Source: Eledone cirrhosa (taxonomy: Eukaryota). From it: DNA of 64,000 nt. Made by a program: the position numbers and the translations under genes. Of the stretch, positions 27,141-40,577 are shown piece by piece (the first letter of the stretch is position 1; each line of letters begins with the position of its first letter). Under the pieces are notes generated by a model. The model was not told where the DNA came from and made no database searches. It saw nothing but the letters and a program-made list of their open reading frames with translations. The stretch spans positions 744,001 through 808,000 of the forward strand of contig OZ024749.1 in the NCBI GenBank assembly GCA_964016885.1. Direction: 5' to 3'.

Positions 27141-27639
27141 CACTAACAATGTTAAGTTTTAAATTAATTGACAATTTAGAAAGATTTAGTAATATGACCT
27201 TCTTACTCTGGTGTTAAGAACAAAGTTTCTTACATCAAATTACAATGGAAATTTTTTGGTTCATTACCATATTTCTAATAAAAGCCTATGATTCCAAATA
27301 ATTAACAACTTGGGAGGTCTAGTAATTCTGGCATGGGTTGCACAGGTCATCAGAGATAACCAACGTTACTCATATGTTCCATATTTTGGAATGGTTTCTA
27401 TGGCTGGACTCTCCCAATTACATTACAGAATGTACTGGGTGCATTTTTATGGCACCAGCACTGGAGAGGTTGTCCAATAAATAAAAATGTCTACAAAACT
27501 AATGAACTTTGTCACCCAGTGCTCTATAGGGGGCAAAAGAAAGTAAAGAAAGGAAGAACTATACTGTGTGTATGTGTGTGGTGCATACTTAGACAAGTGT
27601 GCTCAACCAGTTTGAAGAGTCCTCTCTACATAATTATAC

Positions 27640-28310
27640 TAAGACAATATATTTCTAATTAAGGCACAAGGCCAATAATTTGTGGAGTGGAGAAAGTTGA
27701 TTACATTGACTTCAGTTCGTGACTGGTACTTTTATCGACCCTAGAAAGATGAAAGACAAAGTTGACCTCAGCATGATTTGATCTTGTAACTTAAAGGGCT
27801 GTAACTAAATGCTGTTTAGCATTTAGTCTGATGCTCTACCGATTACTGTCAATCAACTGCCCTTAAATAATTGTTTCTACTTTTGGCACAAGGCCAGCAA
27901 TTATCCCAGTGTATTACTGGTACTTTATTTTATCGACCCCGTAAGGATGAAAGGCAAAGTTAACCTCGGCGGGATTCGAACTCAGTCCGTAACTGTGCTG
28001 CAAAGCATGGCGCCCGACCCTCTACCGATACTGCCCTTAAATAATGAGGGAAAATTCGATTAAATCAACCCCATAAGGATGAAAGACAAAGCTAACCTTG
28101 GCAGGATTTGAACTCACACTGCCCTTATAATAATAATAATAATTGTTTCTACTCTTGGAATAAGGCCAGCAATTTGAAGGGAAGGGGAAAGTTGATTAAA
28201 TAGATCCCAGTGTGGGGTTTACTGGTGCTTTATCGACCCTGAAAGGAAGACAAGCAAAGTTGATCGTGGCAGGATTTGAACGTAGAATGTAAAGAGCCGA
28301 AGCAATTAAA
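27640..28310 (-). mobile_element. Cluster of about 4 tandem SINE copies
   Basis: Repeated ggatgaaaggcaaagttaacctcggcgggatttgaactc bodies, ending near the donor at 28363. Confidence 0.85.
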
Positions 28311-28363
28311 AAAAAATTAAAAAAAGAGTAACAAAGGAAAGATAAATAAATTCTTCAATTTAC

Positions 28364-28491
28364 CTTCATCTGTCATATTTTGGCGAAAGCCACAAACATT
28401 TAATTTGACTAGACACTCAGGTAGACATAGGCTAAGATACATGAGGCTGTGTTGTTCCAGTCCAGTCCAAGCAACATTTAAAGACTCCAAT
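28364..28491 (-). CDS. SKP2: SKP2 exon, LRR
   Basis: cag|...|gtaaat, 128 nt. LESLNVAWTGLEQHSLMYLSLCLPECLVKLNVCGFRQNMTDE. Confidence 0.92.
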
Positions 28492-28574
28492 CTGAGAAAG
28501 AATTAGATATCTAAATGAGATCCAATAAGTTAATATGATGATAGTAAAATTTCATGAACTATAATAGTGAGTAA

Positions 28575-30290
28575 TAATATCACACCACCACCACCAACAG
28601 TAAGACAGTAACATCACACTACCACCACCAATAAGACAGTGACATCACACCACCACCAACAGTAAGACAGTAACATCACACCACCACCACCAACAGTAAG
28701 ACAGTAACATCACACCACCACCACCACCAATAAGACAGTGACATCACACCACCACCAACAGTAAGACAGTAACATCACACCACCACCACCAACAGTAACA
28801 TCACACCACCACCACCAATAAGACAGTAACATCACACCACCACCACCAATAAGACAGTGACATCACACCACCACCAACAGTAAGACAGTAACATCACACC
28901 ACCACCACCACCAACAGTAAGACAGTAACAACATCACACCACCACCACCACCAACAGTAAGACAGTAACATCACCACCACCACCACCAACAGTAAGACAG
29001 TAACATCACACCACCACCACCAATAAGACAGTAACATCACACTACCACCACCAAGACAGTGACATCACACCACCACCAACAGTAAGACAGTAACATCACA
29101 CCACCACCACCACCAACAGTAAGACAGTAACATCACACTACCACCACCACCAACAGTAAGACAGTAACATCACACCACCACCACCACCACCAACAGTAAG
29201 ACAGTAACAACATCACACCACCACCACCAACAGTAAGACAGTAACATCACACTACCACCACCAATAAGACAGTGACATCACACCACCACCAACAGTAAGA
29301 CAGTAACATCACACCACCACCACCAACAGTAAGACAGTAACATCACACCACCACCACCACCAATAAGACAGTGACATCACACCACCACCAACAGTAAGAC
29401 AGTAACATCACACCACCACCACCAACAGTAACATCACACCACCACCACCAATAAGACAGTAACATCACACCACCACCACCAATAAGACAGTGACATCACA
29501 CCACCACCAACAGTAAGACAGTAACATCACACCACCACCACCACCAACAGTAAGACAGTAACAACATCACACCACCACCACCACCAACAGTAAGACAGTA
29601 ACATCACCACCACCACCACCAACAGTAAGACAGTAACATCACACCACCACCACCAATAAGACAGTAACATCACACTACCACCACCAATAAGACAGTGACA
29701 TCACACCACCACCACCAATAAGACAGTGACATCACACCACCACCAACAGTAAGACAGTAACATCACACCACCACCACCAACAGTAACATCACACCACCAC
29801 CACCAATAAGACAGTAACATCACACCACCACCACCAATAAGACAGTAACATCACACCACCACCACCAACAGTAAGACAGTAACAACATCACACCACCACC
29901 ACCAACAGTAAGACAGTGACATCACACCACCACCAACAGTAAGACAGTAACATCACACCACCACCACCAACAGTAAGACAGTAACAACATCACACCACCA
30001 CCAACAGTAAGACAGTAACATCACACCACCACCATCAATAAGACAGTAACATCACACTACCACCACCAATAAGACAGTGACATCACACCACCACCAACAG
30101 TAAGACAGTAACATCACACCACCACCAACAGTAAGACAGTAACATCACCACCACCACCACCAACAGTAAGACAGTAACATCACACCACCACCACCAATAA
30201 GACAGTAACATCACACTACCACCACCAATAAGACAGTGACATCACACCACCACCAACAGTAAGACAGTAACAACATCACACCACCACCAC
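28575..30290. repeat. ~30-36-bp minisatellite with variable (CCA)n
   Basis: Unit acagtaagacagtaacatcacaccaccaccacca. Confidence 0.97.
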
Positions 30291-31022
30291 ATCATCAGTT
30301 TTAAGGATGAGGGTTACAGAGGTTTGATAAATGGAACACCCTGCTCACAAAATTAACACGTAACAAGTATCAGAGCATTAGACAAACATACCTTTAACAT
30401 AATTCTGAAGGCGATTCAGCATGACATTTTTTGACAAGGCTGACTCTTTCAATTACAGGCATAGTCCATCTGACAGGCTTTTAAAAGATTATCATATGTC
30501 CTTGACACAGCTGAAGGGTCCTCCTGACTCTTTGGAAGCTTTTCTATGCCTGGATGCTCTTCCTATCAACAACCATTATACTAAGTGTTCTGGGTCCATC
30601 TATCATTTACATTGTTATGTCCTTGACGAAACTGAACCATCTTCATGTTCCCTTTTCTGGCAATCCTACTGTGACTGGATGCCTTTTCTACCACCAATTA
30701 CTTAACAGAGTCTGCTGGGTGTATTTATCATGTAAATCCCCAACAAGGGAAGTTATGTCTTTGACTCAGTTGAAGGGTCATGCAAACACTTTGATTGGCA
30801 GGTTTTCTGCAGCTGGATGTCCTTCCGATCATCAACCACTTTAAAGAGTGTACTAGGTACATTTATCATGTCGATCACCAATACTAGGATGATTGCTATG
30901 TCTTTGACACAGCTGAAGAGTCTTCTCAACCACGATTTAAAAAATAAATAAAAAGCCCAGACCCAAATCATTGCAATTGTATGATAGAATAATAAAGCAA
31001 AAACTGGAGAAAAGTGACTTAC

Positions 31023-31121
31023 TTTCTACAGTTGGAAGCAATAGGCATAAGACCATTGTCTGTGATTCCTCTTGACATACACAAATTTAGAACCTCAAGC
31101 TGCTTGTTTTCACCAATGTAA
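31023..31121 (-). CDS. SKP2: SKP2 exon, LRR
   Basis: cag|...|gtaagt, 99 nt. YIGENKQLEVLNLCMSRGITDNGLMPIASNCR. Confidence 0.92.
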
Positions 31122-31368
31122 CTGAAACCAAAACATGAAACTCCCATTAAAACACTTTGGATTTCAACACCATGTGACAACTATCATCATTATATGTTCA
31201 CTTCCCATGGGCACGACAGGTTAGTAAAGTTTGAGACAAGATGGGTTGAAGAATCTGCTCTCAATCTTATACAGGTACTAAGGTAGCTGAGATATGAACA
31301 CAGATTAATAGTCAGTGACACTATATGTATACATGTGTATATATATATACACATACATATAATAAACA

Positions 31369-33870
31369 GGGCAGACGGAGGCTCCGTAAGCCGTAGCGTA
31401 GGTAACCCGTCTAGGAGAGCTACCACTCCGAATAAATTGGTGCGGGGTAGAGAAGCTCCTAAGTCCAGTAAGACAACTTCCATAGTGCAGTTGGCACGAA
31501 TAAAAGCACCAAGTCCATGCTGTAAAATGGAGGGGTGGATAGGGCCCTTGAGTCTAGTAAGACAACCTCTCTAGTGCAGTTCGCATGCATAAAAGCACCC
31601 AGTCCATGCTGTAAAGTGGTGCTAGTGTTAGGAAGGGCATCCAGCCAGTATATCAATGCCAAAAACTATGAGCACAACAACTGCATAAACAGCAATAACA
31701 CTAATCATGTTAGGGCTGTGCACGGTAGTGGGGTGGCTGGTGAGGCCATGTGCGAGAACCCCCCGACCGTCATCAGTCAATCACACAACAGGAACAAGAA
31801 CAAGAATATGAAGACGTCGCATCTCAGAGTTGCCACACTTAATGTTGGCCCTCTAACAGATAGATCTGGTGAAATAGCAGAGATGCTGGAGAGAAGGCAT
31901 GTGGATGAGTGCTGCGTGCAAGAGGTGAGATGGAGATGTGCCTCTGCAAGACTAATCACAGGCAAACATCTTAGTTATAAGCTTTTCTGGGTAGGTAATG
32001 ATGACGGGTTAGGGGGAGTAGGTATTTTCCTGGCTGAGAGATGGATCAATAAGAAAATAGAGGTAGTTCGAGTTATTAATAGAATAATTAAGCTTAGATT
32101 AGTTGTAGGCAAGAGACTACTGACAAACATCTCTGCTTATAATCCCCAAGCAGGCCTAGGTAAAAAAGAGAAAGACTGCTTTTACGAGCAACTTTTACAA
32201 ACAGCCACAAGGACAGAGGACAGAGACATCGTTATGCTAGCAGGGGACTTCAATGGTCATGTTGGATAGCACCAGGATGGTTACACTGGGGTACATGGTG
32301 GGCACGGTTACGGCTCAAGAAATGAAGAAGGAGTGAGACTTTTTGAATTTTGTGATGCAAATGCACTAACTTCAAGAAGCCTACCAACCACCTAATAGCC
32401 TACAAATCAGGTGAGCACATAAACCAGATTGACTTCTTGCTAGTTAGGCAGTGAGACAGACAGATGGTGTCAAATACTAAATCATACCCTGGGGAAGAAT
32501 GTACCCCCACAGCATAGGTTAGTCGTTAGTGACATCTCAGTAAGCAAGAGACAAAATGAGACATACAGGAAGCTATGGAAAATGAAGCTAAAAGACCTTT
32601 CACTAAAATATAAATTTAGGAAAGCCCTTCAAGATGTGTATGACAAAAAAGAAGATGATTTAGAGACGTATGATATAGATAATAACTGGAATTTCTTACG
32701 TGACAACTTACTGCAGCCTACTGAAGAAACTTGTGGCTGGAGCAGAGATCCAACCAGCAGAGGGTGACCTGGTGGTGGAACAGCACAGTAAATAGGGCCT
32801 TTAGAGACGCTTAGAAAAAGGGTGGGAGTAGGGAAGTATATTCAGCCGCTAACAGAGAAGTTAGACGTCAGGTGTACTTAGCACGCAGGGAGGCTGAGAG
32901 TAGGAGGTTTGTCAATGTTCTGCAACAGGAAGATCAGAAACGTGCAGTGTTCCACATTGCAAGGCAGTGTGTCAATGAAAATCAGGATGTTGTTGGAGAT
33001 AAATGTGTCCGGAATGATCAGAAAAAGGAGGCCTGGAAATGTCATTATGTGTGACTGATGAATGTGGAGAACGAATGGGAGAGAGAGAAATTACCCTCAG
33101 TAGATCTGACAGAGGGACCAGCTATTGAGATTGACGAATATTGGGTCCAAGAGGCGATTAAGGAAATGAAAAATGGTAAGGCTGCTGGACCGCCAGGGAT
33201 AGTTGCTGAGATGCTGAAGGCATCAGGAGACGTAGGCACCAAACTGCTTGCACGCATCATCAATCAAGATATGGCGGTGTCATACCCAAAGACTGGTGCA
33301 GCAATATTCTCGTAAATTGCTACGAAGGTAAAGGGGATGCTCTGGAGAGGAGCAATTATAGGGGCATAAAACTGATGGATCACGTTATGAAAGTGGCAGA
33401 AAAGATAGCACAACTAATCAGAGAAAGGGTCAAACTAGATGAGATGCAGTTTGGTTTTTGTGCCTGGGAAAAAAAAGTACAACAGATGCCCTCTTCTTAA
33501 TGAGGCAACTACAAGAGAGGTTCTTAGAGAAGAATAAGCCACTATACCTAGAGAATGCTTTTAATAGGGTACTCCGATCTGTCATCTGGTGGTCCCTAAG
33601 GAAACTAAGTGTAGAGGAACGGCTTGTGAGGACAGTGCAAGCTATGTACAGGGGTGCTGTCAGTAAAGTAAGGGTAGGAATGGAGTTTAGTGAGGAATTC
33701 CAGATACAAATAGGAGTACATCAGGGTTCAGTCCTCAGCCTGCTCTTGATCATTATAGTCCTCCAAGCCGTAACAGAGGAGTTTAAGACTGGCTGTCCAT
33801 GGGAACTTCTCTATGCTGACGATCTGGTTCTTATAGCAGAATAATAGAGGACCTAGAAACATAATTTTGG
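31369..33870 (+). mobile_element. RTE LINE, 5' UTR through RT, degenerate and 3'-truncated
   Basis: APE domain (ORF 31535-32269), GKAAGP, VHQGSVLS and LLYADDLVL; several stops and frameshifts. Confidence 0.93.
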
Positions 33871-34169
33871 TATGTTTATGTACATTTTTTCTTCTAACTT
33901 TGATTTTGTACCTAATTATGTATGGTTACCTATATGTCTAGTCAATTTCTACAGGCTATTGGAAATACTAGGCAAATCTTCTGTGGCTGTTGATCGCGGA
34001 TAAAATAGCTATCATTTATTTATCTATTGTTTCTTCATAGGTATATTTTAAACTTATAGCCTCGTTTAATTGATTTTTTTGTGTGGTTAATTATGCTGAT
34101 TGGGAGGAGAAATACTGTATATATTTTATCAAATGATTCTATGGACTTTCTTATATAAATACATATATA

Positions 34170-34992
34170 CAGGGTGTGGACGATATTTGTTCGCAATTTT
34201 CAACTGCTAATTTTATGTAATTTTTTTTACCTCCGTTGTCACTCTTGTCTTCATAAAAACAGTGACTATATTTCCATTATTTATTTTCAGAATAATTGAT
34301 TTTGAATAATTTTGAACCTCCAAATTTGTGGAAGAGACACAGAGTTCTTCTTGGAATCCGCGCCGGGAAGACAAGGAAATTTCAGACTTTCTCAGCGTCA
34401 GCAGGAGAATGGTGAAAAAGGCCAGAGTCATGCAGACAAAGTTTCCAGCGACAACATTGGTCTTAGGTGTCGTCATGCCACCTCACTTCTTCCCTGAGGG
34501 CCTCAAGTTGAACACCGATGACTACATCCGCATTCTGAGTGAGGTAGTAAAGCTCTGGATCGACCAGGTAGTTGCAGGTAGGCCGTACGTGTGGCAGCAA
34601 GACTCAACGCCCTGCCATACCAGCCAAAAGACCCAAGCCTGGCTGTCAGAGAACTTCGTCGACCACACTTCACCTGACTGCAACACCCTCGATTTCTTTG
34701 AGTGGGATGCAGTGGAACGAGACACCAACAGATCTAGCTGCAATACGAAAGACGATCTGAAGGCCAGGATCACAAGTGCCTTTAGGGGCCTAAGTCGGGG
34801 GACAGTGACGAATGCCTATAGCCGGTTCCGAGGCCGCCATCGAAGCCAATGGCGGGTTTATCGAGTGAGATGGAAAGAACAAGTCATGAAGACAAACTGA
34901 CCCAAGTTTGATAAATATATCTTAAAAAATAAAACTACTGTGTTATTTTTTCCTAGACAGTAATCTTGCGAACAAATATCGCTCGCACCCTG
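34170..34992 (+). mobile_element. Tc1/mariner element, internally deleted
   Basis: TIRs cagggtgtggacgatatttgttcgcaa / ttgcgaacaaatatcgctcgcaccctg, TA TSD; WQQDSTPCH...SPDCNTLDF catalytic motifs. Confidence 0.92.
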
Positions 34993-35019
34993 TATATATA
35001 CATACACATATATATACAT

Positions 35020-35270
35020 ATGTAAAAAAGAAAATTTTGGTCAACATGGCTGAATACAATAAATGTAATTTTCGAATATTAATAATATTCGATTCGTTTG
35101 CAATTTGCATGTCAGTAGAATGAACACTTCATTCTTTCTCATGTTTTATTTGAATTTGGCAAAGCCGGCCATTTATCGCTCGTATAAAAGTGAGGCTCAT
35201 TTGCAAATTGCAAACGAATCGAATGTTGTTATTCAGCTATGTAGGGCGAAATTTTCTTTCTTTATATGTA
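35020..35270. mobile_element. Fold-back MITE
   Basis: Long imperfect inverted termini (aaagaaaattt..catggctgaata..attcgattcgtttgcaatttgca and its reverse complement) within a TA repeat. Confidence 0.8.
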
Positions 35271-35829
35271 TATATGTGAAATGAACAACATTTACAACTG
35301 CGGCATCAAGCGTTAAAAAAAACACACACAAAACACAACTGCCACATCCATCACCAACACCAACGATCGGACCTTAAGAAAACAACAACTATAATAATTG
35401 TTTCTACTTTTGGCACAAGGCCAGCAATTATGCCAGTGTATTACTGGTACTTTATTTTATCGACCCCGTAAGAATGAAAGGCAATAATTTTTCTGCCTTT
35501 GTCACGGAGCCAGCAATTGTCCCAGCGCATTACTGGTGCTCTCTTTTGTTGACTCCGTGGGGATGAGGGGCAAGGTTGACCTCGGCGGGATTTGGACTCA
35601 GAGTGTAGAGGGCCATAGCTCTATGCTGTAAAGCAATTATTATAATACTGAACAGTAACACACGGCTTCAATTATACAAACTGTTTCGAAAGTCAACAGT
35701 CGTCAGAATCTTGTATCAGCAATATATATATGTGTATGTGTGTGTTGGTGTGTGTATGTCGTACGTATGAGTGCCAACAAGCGAGTTTTTTTTTTCTTTT
35801 AATGCGTGGGGACATAAAAATAATCAGGC

Positions 35830-38800
35830 TGGATACCCGATCGTGCAGTTAAACCACCGGGAGTAAAAGACCCCTAGCCCTTGTCAGGGCATTCTTCTAG
35901 GAGAAGGCAACTCATGAAACTGGGATAATTGGGTAAAACCTTCGGCTCAGCAGTTACCGATGATGTTGATCTTTTCTTCTTTTCGGGTTATAGCTACTGT
36001 CGCTCAGTGCAGTCTTTCCTCACTTTAAAAATATTCTTCACGCACAGATTGGCAGAGGTTCAGACGCCATGCTTTGAGGCATAAAGTTACGGCCCTTTAT
36101 GATCTGAGATCAAATCCTGCTGAGGTTAACTTTGCCTTTCATCCTTATGGGGTCGATAAAATAAAGTACCAGTAATGTACTGGCCTTGTGCCAAAAGTAG
36201 AAACAATTATTATTATTGTTTGTACTATTATTATTAACCCCCCCATTCAATGATGTTCCAAAACAATATAAAAGAGATAATTGGCAATAAGGGCAGGGGC
36301 CCCAGGTTATCACAGCCTGGGCCTGCTTGTTATCGTGCTTCTGAAACGTACGGACGCTGCTTAACAGGGATTCCTTGGAACGTCCTGAACGAAGGACCGC
36401 TCTTGTTGCAAAGGAGCTTCAACGTTATGATCTTGACATCGTAGCTTTATTTGAGACAAGGTTAGCTGGAGATGGTCATCTTACAGAATTTTGTGGAGAA
36501 TATACATTCTTCTAGAAAGGAAAAGATGAAGGAACCAGAGAGGCTGGGGTAGCATTTGCTGTTAAGACTGCTCTTGTGAATAAGAAGAATTCCCAGAGGG
36601 GATTAGTGAGCATCTTATGTCCATGAGAATTCCACTGGACAAAGGAAGATATGCGATCCTGGTGAGCGTGTATGCTCCAACTATGAATTCTGTCGATGAA
36701 GAAAAAGTGTCATTTTACCATGCCTTGAAAGGTGTTTTAACCCTTTAGTGTTCAAACCGCCCAAAATTATTTCACCATTCGTTCAAACCGCCAGAAATCG
36801 CCCGAAAAGACCCACACTAAAAAATTGTTCTAAAAATAAACAAACCATCATCAAAATCTCGTCAATTCGAGATTACTGCGAGATTAGGCTCTTACCGCGA
36901 AAATTAACACTTAATATAGTGAAACAACAAGTTTTTTTTTTTGTATCAACATGGCTTATGAAAGTAGTGATACTGACTTTGAAGGTTTTACACACGACAA
37001 CATTCAGAATAAACAAGAAATAAACAATAATATTAGTGATTTATCTTCAAATGAATCTGATGTTTATATTTCTGAAATTTCATCCGACGATGATTATTTT
37101 GAAAGTGAAAATGGAGGTCTCCAGGATGCCATTGAAAATATTATAGCAATGTAGTCAAAAAATACCACACCAATATATGTTCCCGATTTTATTCAAAATA
37201 CTGGTCCACAACACACATTACCTCTTGATGCTAAAGGACTGGATTATTTTTTTTTGTTTTTACCACAAACTTTCTTTGAGGTTGTGGCAGAAGAGATTAA
37301 TCGATATGCCCAACAACAGATTTCAAATCAAGAAAAACCCTATCTGTTATGGCGACTGACAGATGTTGCGGAAATGCAAGCATTTTTTACCGTAAATATT
37401 ATGTTCGGTATAAAACAATTTCCAAGACTGTGGAATTACTGGAACACTGATATAAGGTTTAATGATTCTTATATATCAAGTATTATGCCGAAAACAACGT
37501 ACATATATAAGTGTAAATTATTGATATTTAAACATCTGACAAAATTTCAAGCCTGCATAGAAAATTAAGAAAATTACAAACAAATAAAATTGATAACCCT
37601 CTTGAGTATGATTAACTCAAAATAATTGTTTCTACTGTTGGTACTTTATTTTATCGACCCCGTCAGGATGAAAGGCTGCAAACAGATAAGCATGACGTTT
37701 GAAAATTAATGCGAATGCTAAAGGGTTAAGAAATATCCCTCAGGTAGACAAAGTTTTCGTGCTTGGTGACTTTAATGTTAGAGTGAGTAGGGATTTTAAC
37801 ACATGGAATGTAAACGGAAGACACGGGGTGGGAAAGTGTAACAACAATGGTATGCTCCTGCTGCAGATGTGTGAGGAGCTGGACCTGTGTGTCACCAACA
37901 CCATGTTCCAACAAAAGAACAAATTTAAGACCACATGGATACATCCTGCATCTAAGGAATGGCATCTTTTGGACTACGTCCTAGTCAGGATGCGTGACAG
38001 ACGGGATGTGCAGTGTGTTCGTACTCTTCGTGAATCTGAGTGCTGGACGGACCACCACCTGGTACACGCAAAAGTGAAACTAATCACTAAATGTAAAATC
38101 CGGGCTTCTGGTGTTACCCTGCCCAGAAGATTGAATGCTGCTCGTCTTAGCGATAAAAATGTGAAGAGGACATTGCGAGAAGAGATGCAGGTTGCAGATC
38201 TTGGTGAGGATTGGCCGACCCTTAAAAAGTCGGTTTATGATGCAGGCAGGCGTGTTCTGGGATTGGTGCAGAGAAAACATCAAGACTGGTTTAATGAGAA
38301 TGATGAACATATAGAAAACTTGTTGGCTGATAAGAGGCATGCTCTGTCACGCTACTTGACGGCAAAACCACAGGAGAAGAATATGTTGCATAAGGAACTC
38401 AAGGATGTGAAATCACGTGTTAGGCGGAGTCTTTCTCAGATGAAGAATCAGTGGTGGAGTGAGAAGGCTGATGAGATACAAACTGCGTCAGATTCCAATA
38501 ACACAAAGCTGTTGTACAGTCTCTTGCGTGAAGTTTATGGACTGTCTTCTCCGTGACTCAGAAGGAATTCTACGACGGTGACGAGAGCACTTTCATGAAC
38601 TTTTGAATCATCCGCCTGTCGTCAATGAAGATTTCCTCAATCTCATTCCAGAAAGTCCTGTGAAAGTAGTTCTCACAGAAGCTCCGGCGCTTGCAGTGGC
38701 TATCTCATAGTTGAACAGTGGAAGGTCTCCAGGTATGGATGGCATACATGCAGAGCTCCTACAATATGGTGGTGAGAGACTGTTAACAGAAATGCATTAT

Positions 38801-39120
38801 GGAAGGTTCTCCAGAAACATGGTTGCCTTGATAAATTCCTTGCTTTGGTTAGGTCTTTCCATGACAACATGAAGGCTTGGGTTAATGTTGGAGCCCATGT
38901 CAGTAAAAAATGGAGTGAAACGGGGATATTCCAGCACCGATACTGTTTGCCATATACTTTGCAATGGTTTTCTATATTGCATTCAGGAATTGCGAGCATG
39001 GTCTTTACATCCAATATCGAACCTCAGGCAACATATTTAATATCAGTATTTACATCAATCATAAGAGACCTCTTGTATGCAGATGATTGCGATCTTGTAG
39101 CGCACACAGAGTGATATGCG
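35830..39120 (+). mobile_element. RTE/BovB-like LINE interrupted by a SINE and a piggyBac copy
   Basis: APE motifs (VLGDFN, HPASKEWHLLDYVL, WTDH) and RT LLYADD; the frame is restored (GVL|RNIP) when the TTAA insertion is removed. Confidence 0.9.
36741..37725 (+). mobile_element. Non-autonomous piggyBac element
   Basis: TTAA TSD, CCCT...AGGG termini, transposase N-terminal remnant. Confidence 0.93.
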
Positions 39121-39129
39121 GCACATTTT

Positions 39130-40543
39130 GAATGGACCTTGTCATGGTCAAAAGACCGTCATCACGGTACAAACCACTGCCTACGTTGGGGAATTCTTCC
39201 TTGATAGAGGAAAGAAGGAAAAGGCCGATAAGATCTGTAACCTCCGCGGAATTCCCCATTGTGGGCGGTGGTTTGACCATGACTAAGTGCGGTCCATGCG
39301 CTTGCGACAGGTTCAGAAAAGAACTCAGACTTCTTTAAAGGCTTCAACCTCTCCATACAGGTTGAGGCCAACCTCTCGGTCGTTAATTACCTCGACGTTA
39401 CCCTCAATTTATCGAATGGCTTGCACTACCCATATAGAAAGCCGAATGAAACGCTTAATTACATAAGTAAGCATTCTAGCCATCCTGCCAGCATAACCAA
39501 GAACCTGGTAAGAAATGTTTCTTTGAGGCTTTCCCGTCTATCTACAAACGAGAATATTTTCAACGACCATTCCACATATTACAATGAAGCTCTTGCTCGG
39601 AGTGGATTTGTCGATAATAGACCCCGATGCATTATATGGTATAACCCACGATATAATATGGAGGTGGTCACACCATTAGCTAAGATCTTTCTCTCCCTTA
39701 TTAAGAAGCATTTCCCCGCGCATAAATATATTAAAATTTGTAATAAAATACCATTAAAATTTTTTACTCTACGACTCCTAACCTTGCACATAAAATCACT
39801 GCTTCAAATTTAGCTAAACTACCTAGCCGTAGGAACACGTGCAACCCTGAGGCTAGTACTAACTGTAATTGTAGGAATCGGGTTGACTGTCCCCTATCCG
39901 GGAAATGCCACTTTAGTAACATTGTCTACAAATGTAAGGTCGAAACACCCATGTCCCGTAGGGCCTCCATAGGGTTAACTGCCAATAGATTCAAGCAGCA
40001 TCTTTACATGCATACCCATTCTTTTCTTAACCCTTTAAGAAGGAACTGGAGTCTAAAAGACAACCACACCCAATATAAGTTACACTGGGAGATCCTAGCT
40101 AAGGCTAGATCGTATAACGGAAATAAAAGACCATGTGATCTTTGTGCCGCTGAGGCCCTGGAAATACTCTACGCCAATGACCACATCTTAAACAAAAAAT
40201 CTAAGGCAATTTCGGCTTGTAAACATAAATTGCATAAAACTTTCCTGTATTACAGCCCCACATTATACCCTAACGGATATTTTACGTCTTGATGTGGTAG
40301 CTAAGTATATTTTGTTTATACCATTACTTATTTGTATAGGTAAGTATATATTACCTGTATGTTTTGTGAAGGTACGTATACTTTCTCATACGTATATTTG
40401 CTTGTATATGTTATAGGTGGATATATTATATTATATATACTGGAACACGTGTATATGGTTATGTGTATGCAAGTTTGCACGTATGTAAGGTGTGTATGTG
40501 TATTTACCTGTAGGGATCTGCGTGCATACCTTGTATACGTATT

Positions 40544-40577
<34 letters not shown>

